DNA from: Psilocybe cubensis
Lineage: Eukaryota
Reading direction: 5' to 3'
Assembly (NCBI GenBank): GCA_017499595.2
Contig: CM039005.1
Coordinates: forward strand, 806,001-870,000
DNA length: 64,000 nt
Shown: positions 49,113 to 63,160 of the stretch, one piece after another
Position numbering within the stretch: position 1 is the first letter of the stretch
Layout of the letters: the number at the start of each line of letters is the position of its first letter
Position numbers and translations under genes: made by a program
Notes under the pieces: generated by a model
Told to the model about the DNA's origin: nothing
Seen by the model: the letters and a program-made list of their open reading frames with translations, nothing else
The model's database searches: none

Positions 49113-50015
49113 GAGTGGTGGAGAATTTTGGGTAGTACGACTTACGAATTCTTCGAATACACCACAGCAAGCGCACGTGACCAATGTGACCACCGTGTTG
49201 GTCAAATCCGATCCATTGCTCGTCATCTTAAAGCACTCATGTTATCTGTAGTCCATTTAACCTTTAAAATTGTGTCAAAGCAGGTAAACCGCTCTTTCTA
49301 CTATTTATCCTGTTTTTGTGCTCTACTCTGCCTTGTAAAATCGTAGGTAAGGTACCGTGAATGCAAAAGAGGCTTTGTTGAGGCTGTACTACGTATGTTC
49401 AAGATGGATGAGTATGGAAGCGTTTCTTGAGTCCGGGAATTTGGTAGACAACAGTCCATAGTAGCTTATACGACAAGATAAAGGATATTGAGGTTAAAAA
49501 TACGACCAATTCCAGAAGTGAATGTTGGTCGCCCAAACAACTTCATGTGATGCCAATAACTATTGATGTGTGTGTGTGTGCAAAAATTTCCAATTTGTAA
49601 ACTACAGATATCAGTACAAAAAGAAGTGCAGAACGACTATAAACACATAGATAGTACATGTAGGTTCCAGCAAAGCAATGAACAGATCCTTGCAACGAAT
49701 AGTATACATATGCAAAGAAGAGAAGAAATGGGAGGGATGACACGCGTTATTCCTGATCGTGATATTCGTGGACTTGTTTGTGGCACTCAAGAGTGCATAC
49801 CCAATTGAACAGTCGAAAGGGATAAATTGGCACACGCCTGCAGGAATAGCTAAGAACCCTTCGGTAAACAGACACTGCAGCATGCGTCTTTGGAATCTTG
49901 TTGAGCGAATCCTAGGTACCAGAGGTTGCAACCGTGAGGTATGTAGTAAGTTGTAGTACTCCCTGACGATCCATACTAAGATTTCCGTCAAATGTAATAG
50001 AGCCGAGGGAAGTTA

Positions 50016-52786
50016 TCATGGCGGGATCACAAATGCGTCGTCATAAGCGGGTGGAGGAATACTGTTATCCTCGCGAGACTGTCGATTTCTCCTTGTGCTG
50101 ACATCAATCTTTAATTGATTGTTTTCATGTGTAAGACTGTCGACCTTTTGCTGTAGCTCGACCGCCCTCGTTTCGCTCGCTGACCTGAATTCAGCGAACG
50201 CTCGTTGACCATCTCTGAGCTGAGCTTTCAGTTGTTCATTTTCACGAGTTAAATTCTCTATTCCCCTCCCACCAGCACGACCGCCACCGGAGGACTGAGA
50301 CTGTGCAGCAATCAACTCCAGATCTTGCACATGCTGCTTCAGTCGTTTGTTCTCCCTTTCCACTTCGTCGTACCGCGCATGGAACTTTGTCGACAAAAGA
50401 AGCTGCTCCATCGATTTTTGCATGTTCCGAAGCTCTCCCTTGAGCGTATCGTTCTCCTTCGTCACATCCCTGATGAGCACGCGCAATTCACGATTATTGG
50501 TCGAAGAGCTTGGCTCAGACATCGCCCTCGTCATATCGGAAAGCCGCGACTTCAACTCGGCGATTTCCTTAGATTGGGTGGTAATTGTGTGTTTGAGGTC
50601 TTCAGACTCGCTCTTAACCTTCTGCGTGGCCTGTTGGGACTCACGCAATGCAACTCGTAGCTCCTCTTTGTCATTTGTGACAACAGCGAGCATCCGCTCC
50701 ACATTCTCATACTGCACTTCCTTGTTTGCCAACTCCGCAGTCAACCGGTCAACTTCTTGAAGATCATTTCTCCCATTCAAATCACTAGCAGAAAGTACCT
50801 CCGAGACTGTTCGCTCCATTTCGTGTAGTTCTGCCTTCAATGTGTCATTCTCGCTGCGGAGCGCCTCATTGGAATCACGCAGTCTGTTTTGGGCGGTGAG
50901 CTGACTGAGCAGACTTTCGACTTGGGCAGAAAGGCGAGCGGTCTCCTTTTTAAACCCATCCAGGACTTCGATGCTGACGGTATCAGGCGGCCTCGGAGAT
51001 GGTGCAGGTGATGGGGTATAATATTTCGACGGAAATGAATGGGACGAGGTGGAAGAAAGAGGGTCTTCGAAAGGCGATAGCTGATCTTCGGGTACAGTAG
51101 TGGGTATCGAGGGACTGGCTAAAGACGATACGGAGGACGAAGGCCCTGATCTCAAGCCAAGACTAGATGTAAGAGGAGTAACTGGAAGTGAAAGGTGACC
51201 TGAGACCATCTCGGGCATCGTTTGGTTGCGTACATGACCTACACCGTTGGGTCCTTTTAAGGACACCGACCGGTCTCGTTTGGGTGGAGGGGGAGGAGGA
51301 GGTTTACTTTTCGCGATCTGAGTCGAAGATGTCGTCGGAGAAGCGGGAGACGGCACAGTTGTGTTCATACGCAATTTGGGAGAGTGTGGAAGAGACGGCG
51401 GCGGTGTAAGGGAGCCCGGTAACGTTGCTGGCATTTCATTTCCTGCCAATCGCTGCCTGATGAGGTGGAGGGCGATTGCAAATCCATCCTTGGTAAGACG
51501 ATTGTTTCTATCGAGGTCAGATAAAGTCCTAAAACGCAAATTGTGAGCCATACCCGCCTGCTAATGCTAACGGAGACAGCGTACCATATGCGAGTCAAGT
51601 CTTCAGGCGGAAGCCCAAAAGATAACATGAATCTTGCTGCATTATCACCATCAATGTATCCCTTATTCTCCACGTCCACTTCAATGAATTGTTTGTCGGA
51701 TTCGCGTCGCTCTAATGGCAAAATTTCCCAGGTTTCAGGATTCGAATCGCCGTTCGAAGGTGATTGTGGTTTGGTCCCACTGGAAGGCCCGGGTAACGAA
51801 GATGAGGTTTGGGTTGATGTTGGTGAATACGTGGAGGATCGTTTTAAGTTCGCCGAGGAAGCGCTACCGATATCTACCAAAGGGGGTGTGGACGGCCCTG
51901 GTATTGGTTGGATTGAAGGAGGAGATGTAGGAACCCGTTTCAATCCCCCCGCATTAAGATCAGGAAATTGATTGAACAGTTCGCGAGGGAAGGAAGTTGG
52001 GACCGATGAAATAAGACAGGATTGCAGAGCTTGTATAAGGTACATCCCTAGGGAGAACTCCCGGAAATCCAACGCTCCTCGAGCGTTGTAGTCGACCAGG
52101 GTCCTACGGCAAATGTTCGAAAATGAGCTTCAGAGTTTCATGGATTGGGAAAACAATCGCAGACGAACTTGATTTTCCAGATATCGTCGTAGGATAGGTT
52201 TGACGTCATAAAAGAATCCATAACCTTGCCCCCTACTCACGATGTCAGTGCTAACTCAATAAGTACAGTACTCTAAACATACCATCCAGAAGACCATCCA
52301 CAGGGCCTGCCTTAAGAAAGACCACTCTAAAGTTGCGTATATCGTCTGGATTCAGAGGGGGAAAGTGTTGGGTATGAGTTGTTGCAGATTTTCTGACAAC
52401 ATCCGTTATGCCCTCGAGAGTGGGTAGAGGACCAGCTGCAAGAGACACCACATTGCCACTCAACATCGCGTAACTGATATTTTCACCAAACGCACAGAAG
52501 ACGCACCATTCTTCAGCAGATGGTCACCCAACTCCTCGCCCGCCTGCACCCACCCCATGAGGCGGATCGCCACTGCCAGCTCCTCCCGCGACAGATCTCC
52601 ACTCCCATTGGCGTCCGCAATCGCCCATATATCCCGCAGAATCGCATACGAAAGCCCACTCTTCTTAAAGACCTCGATGGCCGCGTCCGCACTGAGCACC
52701 CCCCTGTGGTGGCAATCGGTCATGGTCAAGATCTGGTTAGCGAGCTGCTCCTCTTCCTCCGACGCTGTGTAGTGGAAGCTAGTCAT
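50016..52786 (-). CDS. EH (Eps15-homology) domain protein: three EH domains, Pro-rich linker, coiled coil
   Basis: KSGLSYAILRDIWAIAD..LSREELAVAIRL, LDFREFSLGMYLI, FGLPPEDLTRIW..LSDLDRNNRLTKDGFAIALHLI; long heptad region; ends IPPPAYDDAF. Confidence 0.85.
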
Positions 52787-53661
52787 GGGTGGTAGCAGGC
52801 GACGAGCAAGCCGAGAAGCGGCTATGAGGGTAGATTTAGGTCAAGCACTGCTGTTTCGGCCTTTGATATCCGCACGAGGGTAAGAATTTATGATGTCTTA
52901 TAGCCGCAAGAATATTGTATGGATAGTGGGGTGCGCAGCTGACACGGTGTTTAATTTTTGTCCGCAGTTGAGATTCTTGGGAAACACTTTTCAGGAGGAC
53001 GGTGGATTCAGTCCTTAAAGAACATCGAGGTGAATTGGGTATAATGGCGTAATACAAAGTGCAGATAGAGAAAGTTCATACAAGGAGCGGATGATTCAAT
53101 CAGGGGATGTGATCGTGGACGCTGGCAAGGCGCGCGCTTACCTTCAGGGCCGATGTCGGTGAGGCACAAAGCCGTGATACTAGGTCGTGACCATCGCCTT
53201 GGCAATTTACCTTGCACCGCCAACTCCTCGTTGTGAATAGCTTCATCATGGCAATACGATAGAGGCGTGTCAAAAGAGATGATTGTTGGACCCGAAACGC
53301 AGTAACTGGTGTACAGAGGATGAAAAAATGTGTACATAGGTGTACATACATGTGGTAAATGTTACAAGGGATGCATAAAAGTTGGGGATGGATATGTATG
53401 ATGATAGAGAGAGAGATGTGGTTGGGAGTGAACAAATGTGATGATAGAATATACAAACCGTGGAATACATCTAAGTGTGAATCAGAATCGGTAAAGGTAG
53501 CTATGGAGACAAATGAAAGAGCGCAAAAGTCTGAAGTCACAGACTCCATTCGTCTAAGTAGAAAAAATGGCATACGCGAGTGAACGAAAGAAAGGCATGC
53601 TTTATGGTACAGTAGTTATAAGAAAAACACAAAGTGACGGTATACAGATGCCCAGGACGAT

Positions 53662-55085
53662 TTACTCGAAGTTAAAAAATTGGAAGATGGACGCATCGGG
53701 ATCTTGGTCCATCTCGAAATATTCATTAGACCCGGAATCGATATCCATCGCATCGGTATACTGCTTCAAGATCGAGTCGGCTTCAAGTATTGGGTCATGC
53801 GGCGACGAGACATCCCCCGAAGTGGTAGAAGACGATTCGGCAAAATAAGAAAAAGATTGGAGTGTGGCCGTTGGAATAGGTATGAACTTAGGATCGGCGG
53901 GCGCATCGAACGAATAGTCACCAAACGAAGAAGATGATGCATTGGGAAGGATAGGCATAGACGTCGCCATGAAATCATGCTTGTACGACTGATATGCGTA
54001 TTCGCCCGTTACAGGGTCAAGGTGGGGATGGAAGGGTGGAGGTTCGTACGTGACTTCGAGTTGTTTCTGTCGAGTAAATAAGTAAGGATGTGGGAGATCG
54101 AGACAGGATTGCTGCGATGTACCTCTTCCTGTTTTTGGATCATCACTGGGGTGAACTGAAGGTCTGGAATCTCGGATGTAGGGACATATGAAATAGGAGG
54201 AGCCGTCTCAGGAGAAGATGCGTTGTCATGAGGGTTGGGGTCTGGAGGATATTGGAACTCTTCCTCCTCATCCTCAGAGGCGGGAGAAAGGTGGGCAGAA
54301 GGGGCAGGCGATGGAGACTCTAAGAACCTTTCGACAGCACGCCTGGCAGCTGCACGTTGCATCTTAGCAGGTCGCGCGATGGGGGAAGTGGGGGAGGGAG
54401 AGCTTGAAGAAGTATCAGGTGATTTCGACCAGCGATCCTCAAAAGCGTTCGATGCCTTTCTTTTCTTCGATGCAGCATTGCTCACACCGCTTGTCTTTCG
54501 TGGATTTGCTGCCTTAGGCTTCCCTTTTCCACTGCTGCGTCCGGGAGAATAGACATAGTCAGGATGCTTCAGATAATGCTCCTGCTTCTCGATGGCCGCG
54601 AGCTCGCAGTACGGGCGTCGATCCTCATCAGACATCTTGTTCCATACCTTCGCGGCATGCTTGCTGAGCTCGTTCTGCTGACCCTCGCCATTCGCGGCGT
54701 TGCGACTGATGTAAGCCGAGCGGAAGAAGATGAAGGCATTGCGAGGGCGGGGGATATGTCCGGGCTCGCGACGGCGGGTGTGGCTGTTCCTTCGCGCAGG
54801 AAGGAGTGCGGCAGTGGCATCGACATCAGGCAAAGGATCGAGGAGAGGTTGTGGCAGAGGATCTTCTTGCTTGAGAGCGCGGGGGCAGGCATCGTCGAGA
54901 GATTCGACCTTCACCTCGTGATCGGGGACTTGCCAGCCATCCTCTACAAAATTAAAATGTGAAATAGCATTAGCGGAGGATCATTCAAGGCAGTAGTAAT
55001 CAAACGCACTATCATAAATGACCGGGATGTGTTTTCCGAGTCGTCCAGAGTGTCGATTAGGTGCAACATTGCGAAACGCCGGCAT
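53662..55085 (-). CDS. HMG-box transcription factor (MATA/SOX-TCF type)
   Basis: Exons 55085-55010, 54943-54123 and 54066-53662 are in frame; HIPRPRNAFIFFRS..ELSKHAAKVWNKMS..EKQEHYLKHPDYVYSP. Confidence 0.9.
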
Positions 55086-56242
55086 GACGAAAACTTTTAG
55101 ACGCAATGAGAGATGTTGGTGGTGGTGGATAGTGTTCGAAGAGAGAAATCGACGCTTAGTGATTCCTCTTCATTTTGTCGAGCTTAAAAGACGACCACAG
55201 ATGTACCTTTGGGTCTCGATGGATAGAACCAAAAGACTGCCTCGAGGATTTACCTTTTTCGTTAATCACCTTAAGTTAAGCCCGATTATAGCAGGTGAAG
55301 ATCGATCCATCAATCAAAACATGCGGCGCCATAAAGCCTGTCAACCAAAGAATTCGTTCAAAGGACGAGGTCTGCACCAAATGGCGTGAGAACGGGCGAG
55401 GTTTTGTTGAATTCAGAATTGAGGATCACAGGATAGGTATAGCATTCGGCAGCTCCGGAAGATTTCCAGAGAATTACTTTCCAAAGACGCGTTTGTCAAT
55501 GGGTCGAGATAATGTCCGTCACGAGACAAATGTTCTTTCATTGAACGAGATATGACTAGGAACCAATGGCGGCCTCGGAATTCACGGAGTTCGATTAGCA
55601 GACTATCAAAGAAATGATTGAGCTGCTGGGAAAGTTAGACCGCGTTCAGCTTCCAGTAAAACAGGCCAAGGCCCCGAGATACGAAAGCAGAAGCCACCGA
55701 TGACTCGACCATCATGAAACAAACGGCGTGGCTCTTCTTTGCACCACCTGGCCGCGTTTAAAGAAGATTACACGCAACCGCCACCATACTTGGCGGTGGA
55801 GAAACAGCTGAAAGAGAAAGAAGACGATTAGACTTTTGAAATGGAGGCTGACAGCGGCGTTATGTACGAAACCTATAAGCACTGATTGCCCTCAAGGCAA
55901 ACTACGGTTCTCGCGGTTGAGTTTCTGGATATCGCCTACATAAGTACTTTGGCCACGGCAATATTTTGTCAAAGAGAGTGATAGACAATAGTCAAAGAGG
56001 AGCCAATTCTCAAGAGATTCGACATGAAAGAGATCTGCTACCTTGAACTTCGTCGCATCGGTGGATGCTCCCGGCGGGAATGATTACGATGTGTCGGGAC
56101 CACGTGTTCTACCATCTCTGCTGGATTTTGCGACCCTATTCAGTCTTTATCACAGCATCTAGCATCCATTTCTCTTTGGCATAATCTGACATTACTTTCC
56201 GGCGGTGTCAGACACTCTTCGAAAGTTGAGAATCTAATAACC

Positions 56243-59200
56243 ATGCCGGAGGTTCTCCCAGAAGAACCTCAGCAGAATGGCACAACAACCCAGAGTACTA
56301 CCCACGAATCGGAGAACCATACTGCCTCCTATCCAACAAAACAGCGGCGTCCCAGCGTAGACAGAGATGCGCAGGACATGGTCATCGATTCACTGCGTTC
56401 TCAAATTCAGGACCTGATCTCCCAGGTCAGCCAGCTCAACAACAAGCTCGTCAAATCATACGACCGTGTTTCTGACTTGGAGGACGATCTCCATGTGGCC
56501 TCTGCCAATGTTCGCAGCTCTTCTCTCAAGATATCGCAGCTCGAGCTGGAGAGGACTCAGCATCTTGCGGCACTAAATACAGGATTACTGGTGGAGAAGT
56601 CGCATGTCACCGCTGAGCTTACCCGTCTCATGGAGAAGGCGACTGAGGAGGCTGCCCAACGTGGACAGGCAGAGTCGGCTCGTCTCGCCATTGAAAAGGA
56701 CCTCGACGATCTGAGCGCATCACTTTTTGGACAAGCGAATTCCATGGTTGCTGAAGCCCGCTATGACAAGCACCTTAGCGAGCGGAAAGTCGAAGATGCC
56801 GAACGCGCACTGAAGAGCGCAGAGGAAGCCGTGCAGCTCATGCAAGCCCAGATGCAAGCCATGCAAGCCGAAAAGGAGGAAGCTGAGCAAAAGACGCGAG
56901 AGATGGAAGTAGTTATGGGCAAAGGGAAATGGATTGACAGACAAAACGGCGAGAAAACCATTTCGCTGCGACTGCTCAGCACCCATTCGCCATACCAGGA
57001 ATATCTAGCGTTCATTGCCCATTTACGTATTCTCCACCCAACTTCGCCAAACCCCCCTGCAATGTCCACTCTTCTGCAACTGCCTTTCCTGACGCGGTTA
57101 ATGACCGAGGACTCGTGCGTTCATTCCCTCCTATTGCATTGTCTCAGATACTCATTTATGTAGAGAACCTACCGTTCGCCTTGATATTGCTCCATCGTTA
57201 AATTGGCTTTCGCGGCGTTCTGTCCTGGCGGCCATCCATTCCGGACAGCTTACGATCGAGCCCATGTCCTCTGCTACCTTATTCGCCGAAACGACAGTAC
57301 ATCCAACGTCAACTACAATTGCTGGAATTAATAGTAGCAACGACAATGTAGCCTGTGCTCTTTGCGGTGTGCCAATTTTCCCGACATTGGATCCTCATAA
57401 TTCCTCTCGCCCTCCCATCCACCCTCAAAGTCATATTTACCAGCCACAACCTACATCATGGTCAGGCGCGTTCTTCAAGAAAGCAAATGGATCCAATACT
57501 GCACCATCATCACCCACCGCTCCCAGTTTCCGAAATAATTTCGGCTCTCATTCCAACTCTCAAATTTTCATTTTCCGCCTGGCTGCCCCTTCAACTTCGA
57601 TAGCATCCCTCCCCATTCCAACTCTTACAAAAGCATCTTCTCAGCCTAATTCATCTCCTATACCCAGCGCATACGCATCATCAAGCAGCAACGGCATCAT
57701 TTCTCAATCACATTCTCAGAGCGGATCACAAAGTGGCCAGCCAACGACAATATACCCCTTATGCATGTCTGGCTGGTGCTTGCACAGATTACGGACGACA
57801 TGCACTCTCTGGGCGTTCGTGCGCACCGGAATTGTCGACAAAATTTGGGAGGAAGAGCTCCCTCCACCTCCACCTCCACCATCGGCTCACCCAGAGAAGA
57901 GCGCGAATGGCGACAAGCCCCCTGTACCGCCTAGGAAAAGGGGCCTTTGGGGCATCGCGAGTGCCTTTGGAGAGAGGGCGGCGAGTTGGGGCGAAGGAGA
58001 TCGCGATAAATCGAAGCGCAACTCTGGTAGCGCGAGCAGTAGCCCTGCTCAACCGGAACTGAGAAGATTGCCACCACCCCCGCCGCCTGTAAGCGCAGCG
58101 CGCCCATCACCAGTCCCCCCACCACTGCCTAAGAGAAATGAGGGTCGCGTTCGCACACCAGTATCTGACCCACCTCCCCCGACCCCTCCTCGAGCTAGTG
58201 TAGAGAAGCCCACAGCGGATGTACACCCTGAAAGTTCCAATACCGAAGCTCCTGTGGTTGTTGCTGCTACCTCCTCCCCGCGCGTTTCTGCAGACCTGCC
58301 GCCCATCCCCCCGCGTCGAAGCCGCGAAGCCCCTCCGCCTTCACACTCAGAGCCTTCATCAGACGCGGCGGCTCCTGCTACCCCTCCTCCGCGCCCGCCT
58401 CGTGCGCATACGCCTGTGAGCGTCCCTCTCCCTGAATCCAGACCTGCAAGCCCCGCAGTGCCCTCACGGACCGCCTCGCCGGCAAACGTAGCTGTTGCTG
58501 CTGCCGGCGGGCCGCCACCTCCGTTACCGAGAAGGGCGGCTGCTCGGACGCGTACGCACCTCGACGAGTCGATGTCTGCCACTGCTATCAACTCCGGTGT
58601 TGCAGAAAGCTCTGTTTCTGTGTCAGAACCTGCTTCTATTGCTGCTGATAAAACCGCCTCCAACGCTGAACTTTCAGCGACAGAGGAAGTGAAAGAGGGA
58701 GAGAAAACTGTAAATGAGGTGGTCGCTGAGACCAGCGTTGAGAGTGAAGCGGCAAAGGGGAAAACTGCGTCATCAGATCCCGTCTCTCCAGCTGAATCGC
58801 CTGTGGCTACCGAAGGTGCAGCTGTGAGAAAGGAGGATGAAACTGTTAAATCTGCTTATTCCGAAATAGAGAAGAAGACAGATGAATCACCGTCTGATCC
58901 CGACCGATCCACCCAGCCCTCGCCTGCATCTGATGAATTTGTTGATGCGCCTACTCCAGGTGATGAGGCTGAAGATCCTCTCGAAACAGCCACTCCTGTT
59001 AAAAACCAGGAAAAGGAAAAGGTTGACGGTGACAAGGAGGTTGCCGTAGCTCCTGCCAACGGTGTTGAGAAGCTACAGGAAGAGAATGAGGACGATAAGC
59101 AGACGATCATTGATAGCCCCGCCACTGTTGTTCATCCCCCACTGCCAGTTGATGAAACAGAATCTGCTGAAGTCGCTGAACCGGCGGTCCATGCTTCGGC

Positions 59201-59468
59201 CAATGAGAAAGAGGTTATTGAAGGAGAGGCTGCCGGTGTGCAGGATAAGGCGGAGGTGAATGATGATGCACCACCAGTGCCAACGCTTGCCATTCCTGAA
59301 AAAACTCCTGAGGAGAAGCTGGAGGAAGAACGAAGGCGGAGGGAGAAGGAGGAATGGGAGAAGGCGAACTATGTGGGCGAGGCGACTTGGGAGGAAAGGA
59401 CGTGGAAGGAGATTGTAAGATTACGGGAGGACATGTTCTGGGCGCGTGTTGGTGGAATACGGGAGTAG
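56243..59468 (+). CDS. SEC2: Sec2-like Rab GDP/GTP exchange factor
   Basis: Coiled coil with IEKDLDDLSASLFGQANSMVAEAR; intron 57115-57163; EPTVRLD, CALCG, LC..GWCLHRLRTTC; C-terminal WKEIVRLREDMFWARVG. Confidence 0.88.
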
Positions 59469-59691
59469 GGTATGTGGATATATGATATCTTATAAATTGT
59501 GTGCTCAACATGCGAAGACGCGTTGTTTTGCTTTATTACCTATCTATCTATCCAACACGTATACGCACCATGTTGCCACCATATAATTACACGCGGTTAA
59601 TATGTTATAGGGATATATGATATTCCAAGATGGTATGGTTAGATCTAGAGTATTTCTTGTAATTCCGTTTCCTTTTGGTCTATCATCGGCT

Positions 59692-61054
59692 TTACGAGGT
59701 GTTTTCTACCCACTCTGTGTGCCTCTTCACTAACTCAGCAACAATGTCTTCTTCGATCTCTTTCACTAAAACTCCAGGAGCTGGATGTTCTGGTATATCT
59801 ATTCGGAGCCAGTACTCTGAAAAAGAGTTGGAAGGATCTGTGGCATGCGAAATAGCTTCTTTAGTCTGTTTGATGCCAGGAGGAAGAGCTGGTGATGGCT
59901 TTTTGGAAACGAACACGACTTCAAATTTACGTCGATGGAGTTCGTTACCGATGACTACTTGGTGGCCATATCGTTCAAGCGCCTGTCGGGCTTTGGGGAG
60001 CAAGAGATTCTCGTCGGTTTCCAACTGAGTTCAAGCTTTTAACAAATTAATCGGACCTCAAGTGATAGCTGAATCTTACCTTGAACGACACAATAAACCC
60101 TCCTGGCGTCCACTCGTCCACTAGGGGCTTCAAAATCTTGGGCACCTGATCCATCTCAATGTGCAAACTGCCCTTGCCTGATTGGATCTTGTGTTCCGAC
60201 TGTAATGGGGGATTGATTATCAACTACACCGCGCAACAAGAAGGATGAGAAACGAGGTAGCTTGCCATTTTTTGCCGGGGCAGGAAGAAGTCGCTGACAG
60301 CCGCCGCGAGGTAGAACATGGCTTTTCGCTTCAGCACGGACATCTCCTTGCTGACGGCGCGTAGGAGCCAGAGGTAATCATCAACAGTTACGAAGGTTAA
60401 GGTGTGTAGTGTGCCCCGAGCGTGAACATCCTTGTACATGGTCAGGACCTGGAGAAGGTCTTCGCGCTTATTCGGAGTGACGGAAATACGCGGTGTAGCT
60501 CCTGGAGATTCGGGGGAGTCGATGTCCAGGAAGTCGAGGAACGGGTTCGTAGAATGGGAGTAGTGTCTGCTGAAGGGCTGCAGACTAAATTGCCTATGCA
60601 TAAAGATGACTGCATATCCTGCTTTGAGGAAGTATTCCGCAGAGGTTGCACCTCGGGTACCTAAGATTGTAGATAAGATTATAAAGCCAAGGGGGCAGTA
60701 AATTGGTGGACGACATACCAGCACTGAAGTTGTCAAGGAATCGGACGCTAGACGAGCGAATGGATAAGTTCTTGAAGATTGTAGAACTCGTTACAGCTAA
60801 GTGCGCTCACACATTGAGCTCTAATGGGACTGTTGTACCCCCGCTCTGGCAATAGGGGCAGATATGTTTGAACTAAATCAAAGATGTAACTGGCGCAATA
60901 CAACACGCACCGTTACGAGGACGACCGCCCTTCCCTCTTTCTGGTGCCGTGCGATGAATTCCCGGACGCACTCTACGTCATGTTGCAGTGTGGGAGGAGG
61001 CAATTGGGTTGCAAAATACTGTTCGGCGGAAAAAGTCGTGGGTTCTGTATACAT
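59692..61054 (-). CDS. CAB2: Phosphopantothenate--cysteine ligase
   Basis: VVLVT/SGGTTVPLE, VRFLDNFSAGTRGATSAEYFL, FYLAAAVSDFF, HKIQS, FKLETD, YGHQVVIGN; multi-exon. Confidence 0.93.
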
Positions 61055-61891
61055 CCTGGGGTGATGAATTGATGTTATCGAGGTATAGAATGATGCTTTC
61101 GGGAAAAAACCTCGACGTATTGCAGTGTTTCGTACGTTGCTGTAGACGCCGTCGACGAAAACTGTTGTTGGTGTAGAAAATAAACCCACCAACGGCCTCG
61201 GGTTGCTGTTTAAGCGGACGATGGCCCAAAACAAATATGACCCGTTTGATCAGATTGCCAAATAAGTTCAACTTGAGCTCGAACGACCACCATCATCTCC
61301 TCGAAAAGCCTTGAATCATTGCCATTTACATTATCGTCAAACAGCGTCAAACCCGTTGTTGCATAGCAAAAGCGCGTCTCTACCTATTTACCTGTCAAGG
61401 TTATGTCTTGGCATACTAATGCTGTCAACAACTATGGACCACTATGGATATCTTTCCTCCATGATGGTCATCATCAGCATCAGTTTGAGTTGACGGGCGT
61501 GTCCTCGACTGTTCGACGCTGGCCAAATTGACCGAAATGACATTCTTCACAAGGTCACAGGATTTTGATACGAGTGTTATCATTCCGATAACAGGCCTTT
61601 ACGCGCTCAAAATGTTAATTCGTCTCACGACTTGGTCCGACACTTTGGGCGACGCTAGGAGAACGTCAGCTTTCTTTGAGAGTTCCGTTGTCCTGGGCCT
61701 CCTTTTGAGCCTCTTTCGCTCTAAATTAGTTTTGAGCTTATTGCAAAGCGTGTCTCATCTGTTGGCTTTTAGATCTAATGACGTCTCAGTGGGAGAAATC
61801 AAGCTATGTAAGTGAAGTGTCGGGATCACGAAATAACCTTTCTCCCCCCATCCTTCTGGACCCTACGTTCGAGACTCTCTGTGGGCTAAGT

Positions 61892-62824
61892 ATGAATTCC
61901 TGCCCTTCATTATGGCCTGCCAGGACGCAAAAATGGAAAATATTGCTAATTGGAGATCAAGAAGTCGGCAAGACCTCCTTCGCTCATCGAGTACGTCAAT
62001 AACTCTACAATTTGGAATAAAATGCTAATCGATGGATGTGATATACACTCTAGTTCTCCAGTGATTCATTCGGTTAGCTCATCTACCATTTTTCCATGCC
62101 TGAATTCGCTGAACTTTTAAAATTTTGCTCAACCTTTAGAGGTGAGGGATGATTCCTTCGACGATAGCTCCTGTACTCAACTCTGACCCGATTAACACTC
62201 TAGGAATACTACAAATCCGACAACGTTATTTTTAATGTAGCTCATATCAAAGAATGCTACTTGGATGACAATAATTTTTGCATTGCATCCTTGTCTGACA
62301 CATTTGTGGCTCAAAGTGAGGGATTCCTTCGAGAACTTTGGATCTAGCCACAATAACAAACTTTCCATAGCGGACTATAGGGATATGGAGGAGGAGATGC
62401 CGTGAGTTTTCGTCCATTGACCCCTACCCATTCGCCTGTAATGTTCCATTACCCTCTTAGATCCTGCGACGGCTACATCATTCTCTACTCCATCGCATCC
62501 AGGTCATCCTTTCAAGAGGTCTCAAGGATCTGTCGACAAATACCACTGAATGGCCGACAAGACCCAAATCTCATGCTCATCCTAGCCGGAACAAAATCAG
62601 ATCTGAAATCTTCGCGACAGGTCAGCACCGAGGAGGGCCTCGCTCTAGCCAAGGAGCTCGGATGTGAAGCATTCTTTGAGACATCGGCCAAGTCTGGAGA
62701 AAACGTTGACGCCGTTGTTTTATCCATGGTTCAGGCTCTTCGCAGGGCCGCCGCGTCTCGAGATATGGATATGATGGCACCATTTAGGATGATGCGGAAT
62801 CTATTTCGAGGGGAGAAATCATGA
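61892..62824 (+). CDS. Divergent Ras-like small GTPase (208 aa, six exons)
   Basis: Exons 61892-61990, 62054-62072, 62140-62141, 62204-62315, 62371-62401 and 62461-62824 total 627 nt in frame; KILLIGDQEVGKT, GTKSDL, FFETSAK. Confidence 0.82.
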
Positions 62825-63160
62825 TACTGTTGCAGCCCGTGGTTGCTTGCATGGTGCGGAGATGTATCACTACAGGTGGAGAGTTTATCTGAGCTTTCAT
62901 TAATTATTCATTTTTTCTACGGGATTCAGTGTTAATCAGAATTTTATTAGGGCAAATCTTTAAGGGTATTACACGCACATACACGGCGTAATGAACGATT
63001 TATGTACATCAGTTACTACATGACTAAAACATTGATCATATGCACGAGTGAGCGTTTAATGGGAACGATGTGTTGAAGATCGACCATGACAGAGGGGCAT
63101 CAAACTTTCAGCTGCTGTACGTAGTTTTACATGACAGTTCCCAGGCACGGTTTCCCCCAA

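Noticed and set aside
49543-49991. Minus-strand hydrophobic ORFs with intron-like signals
   Set aside because: No consistent spliced frame or known domain.
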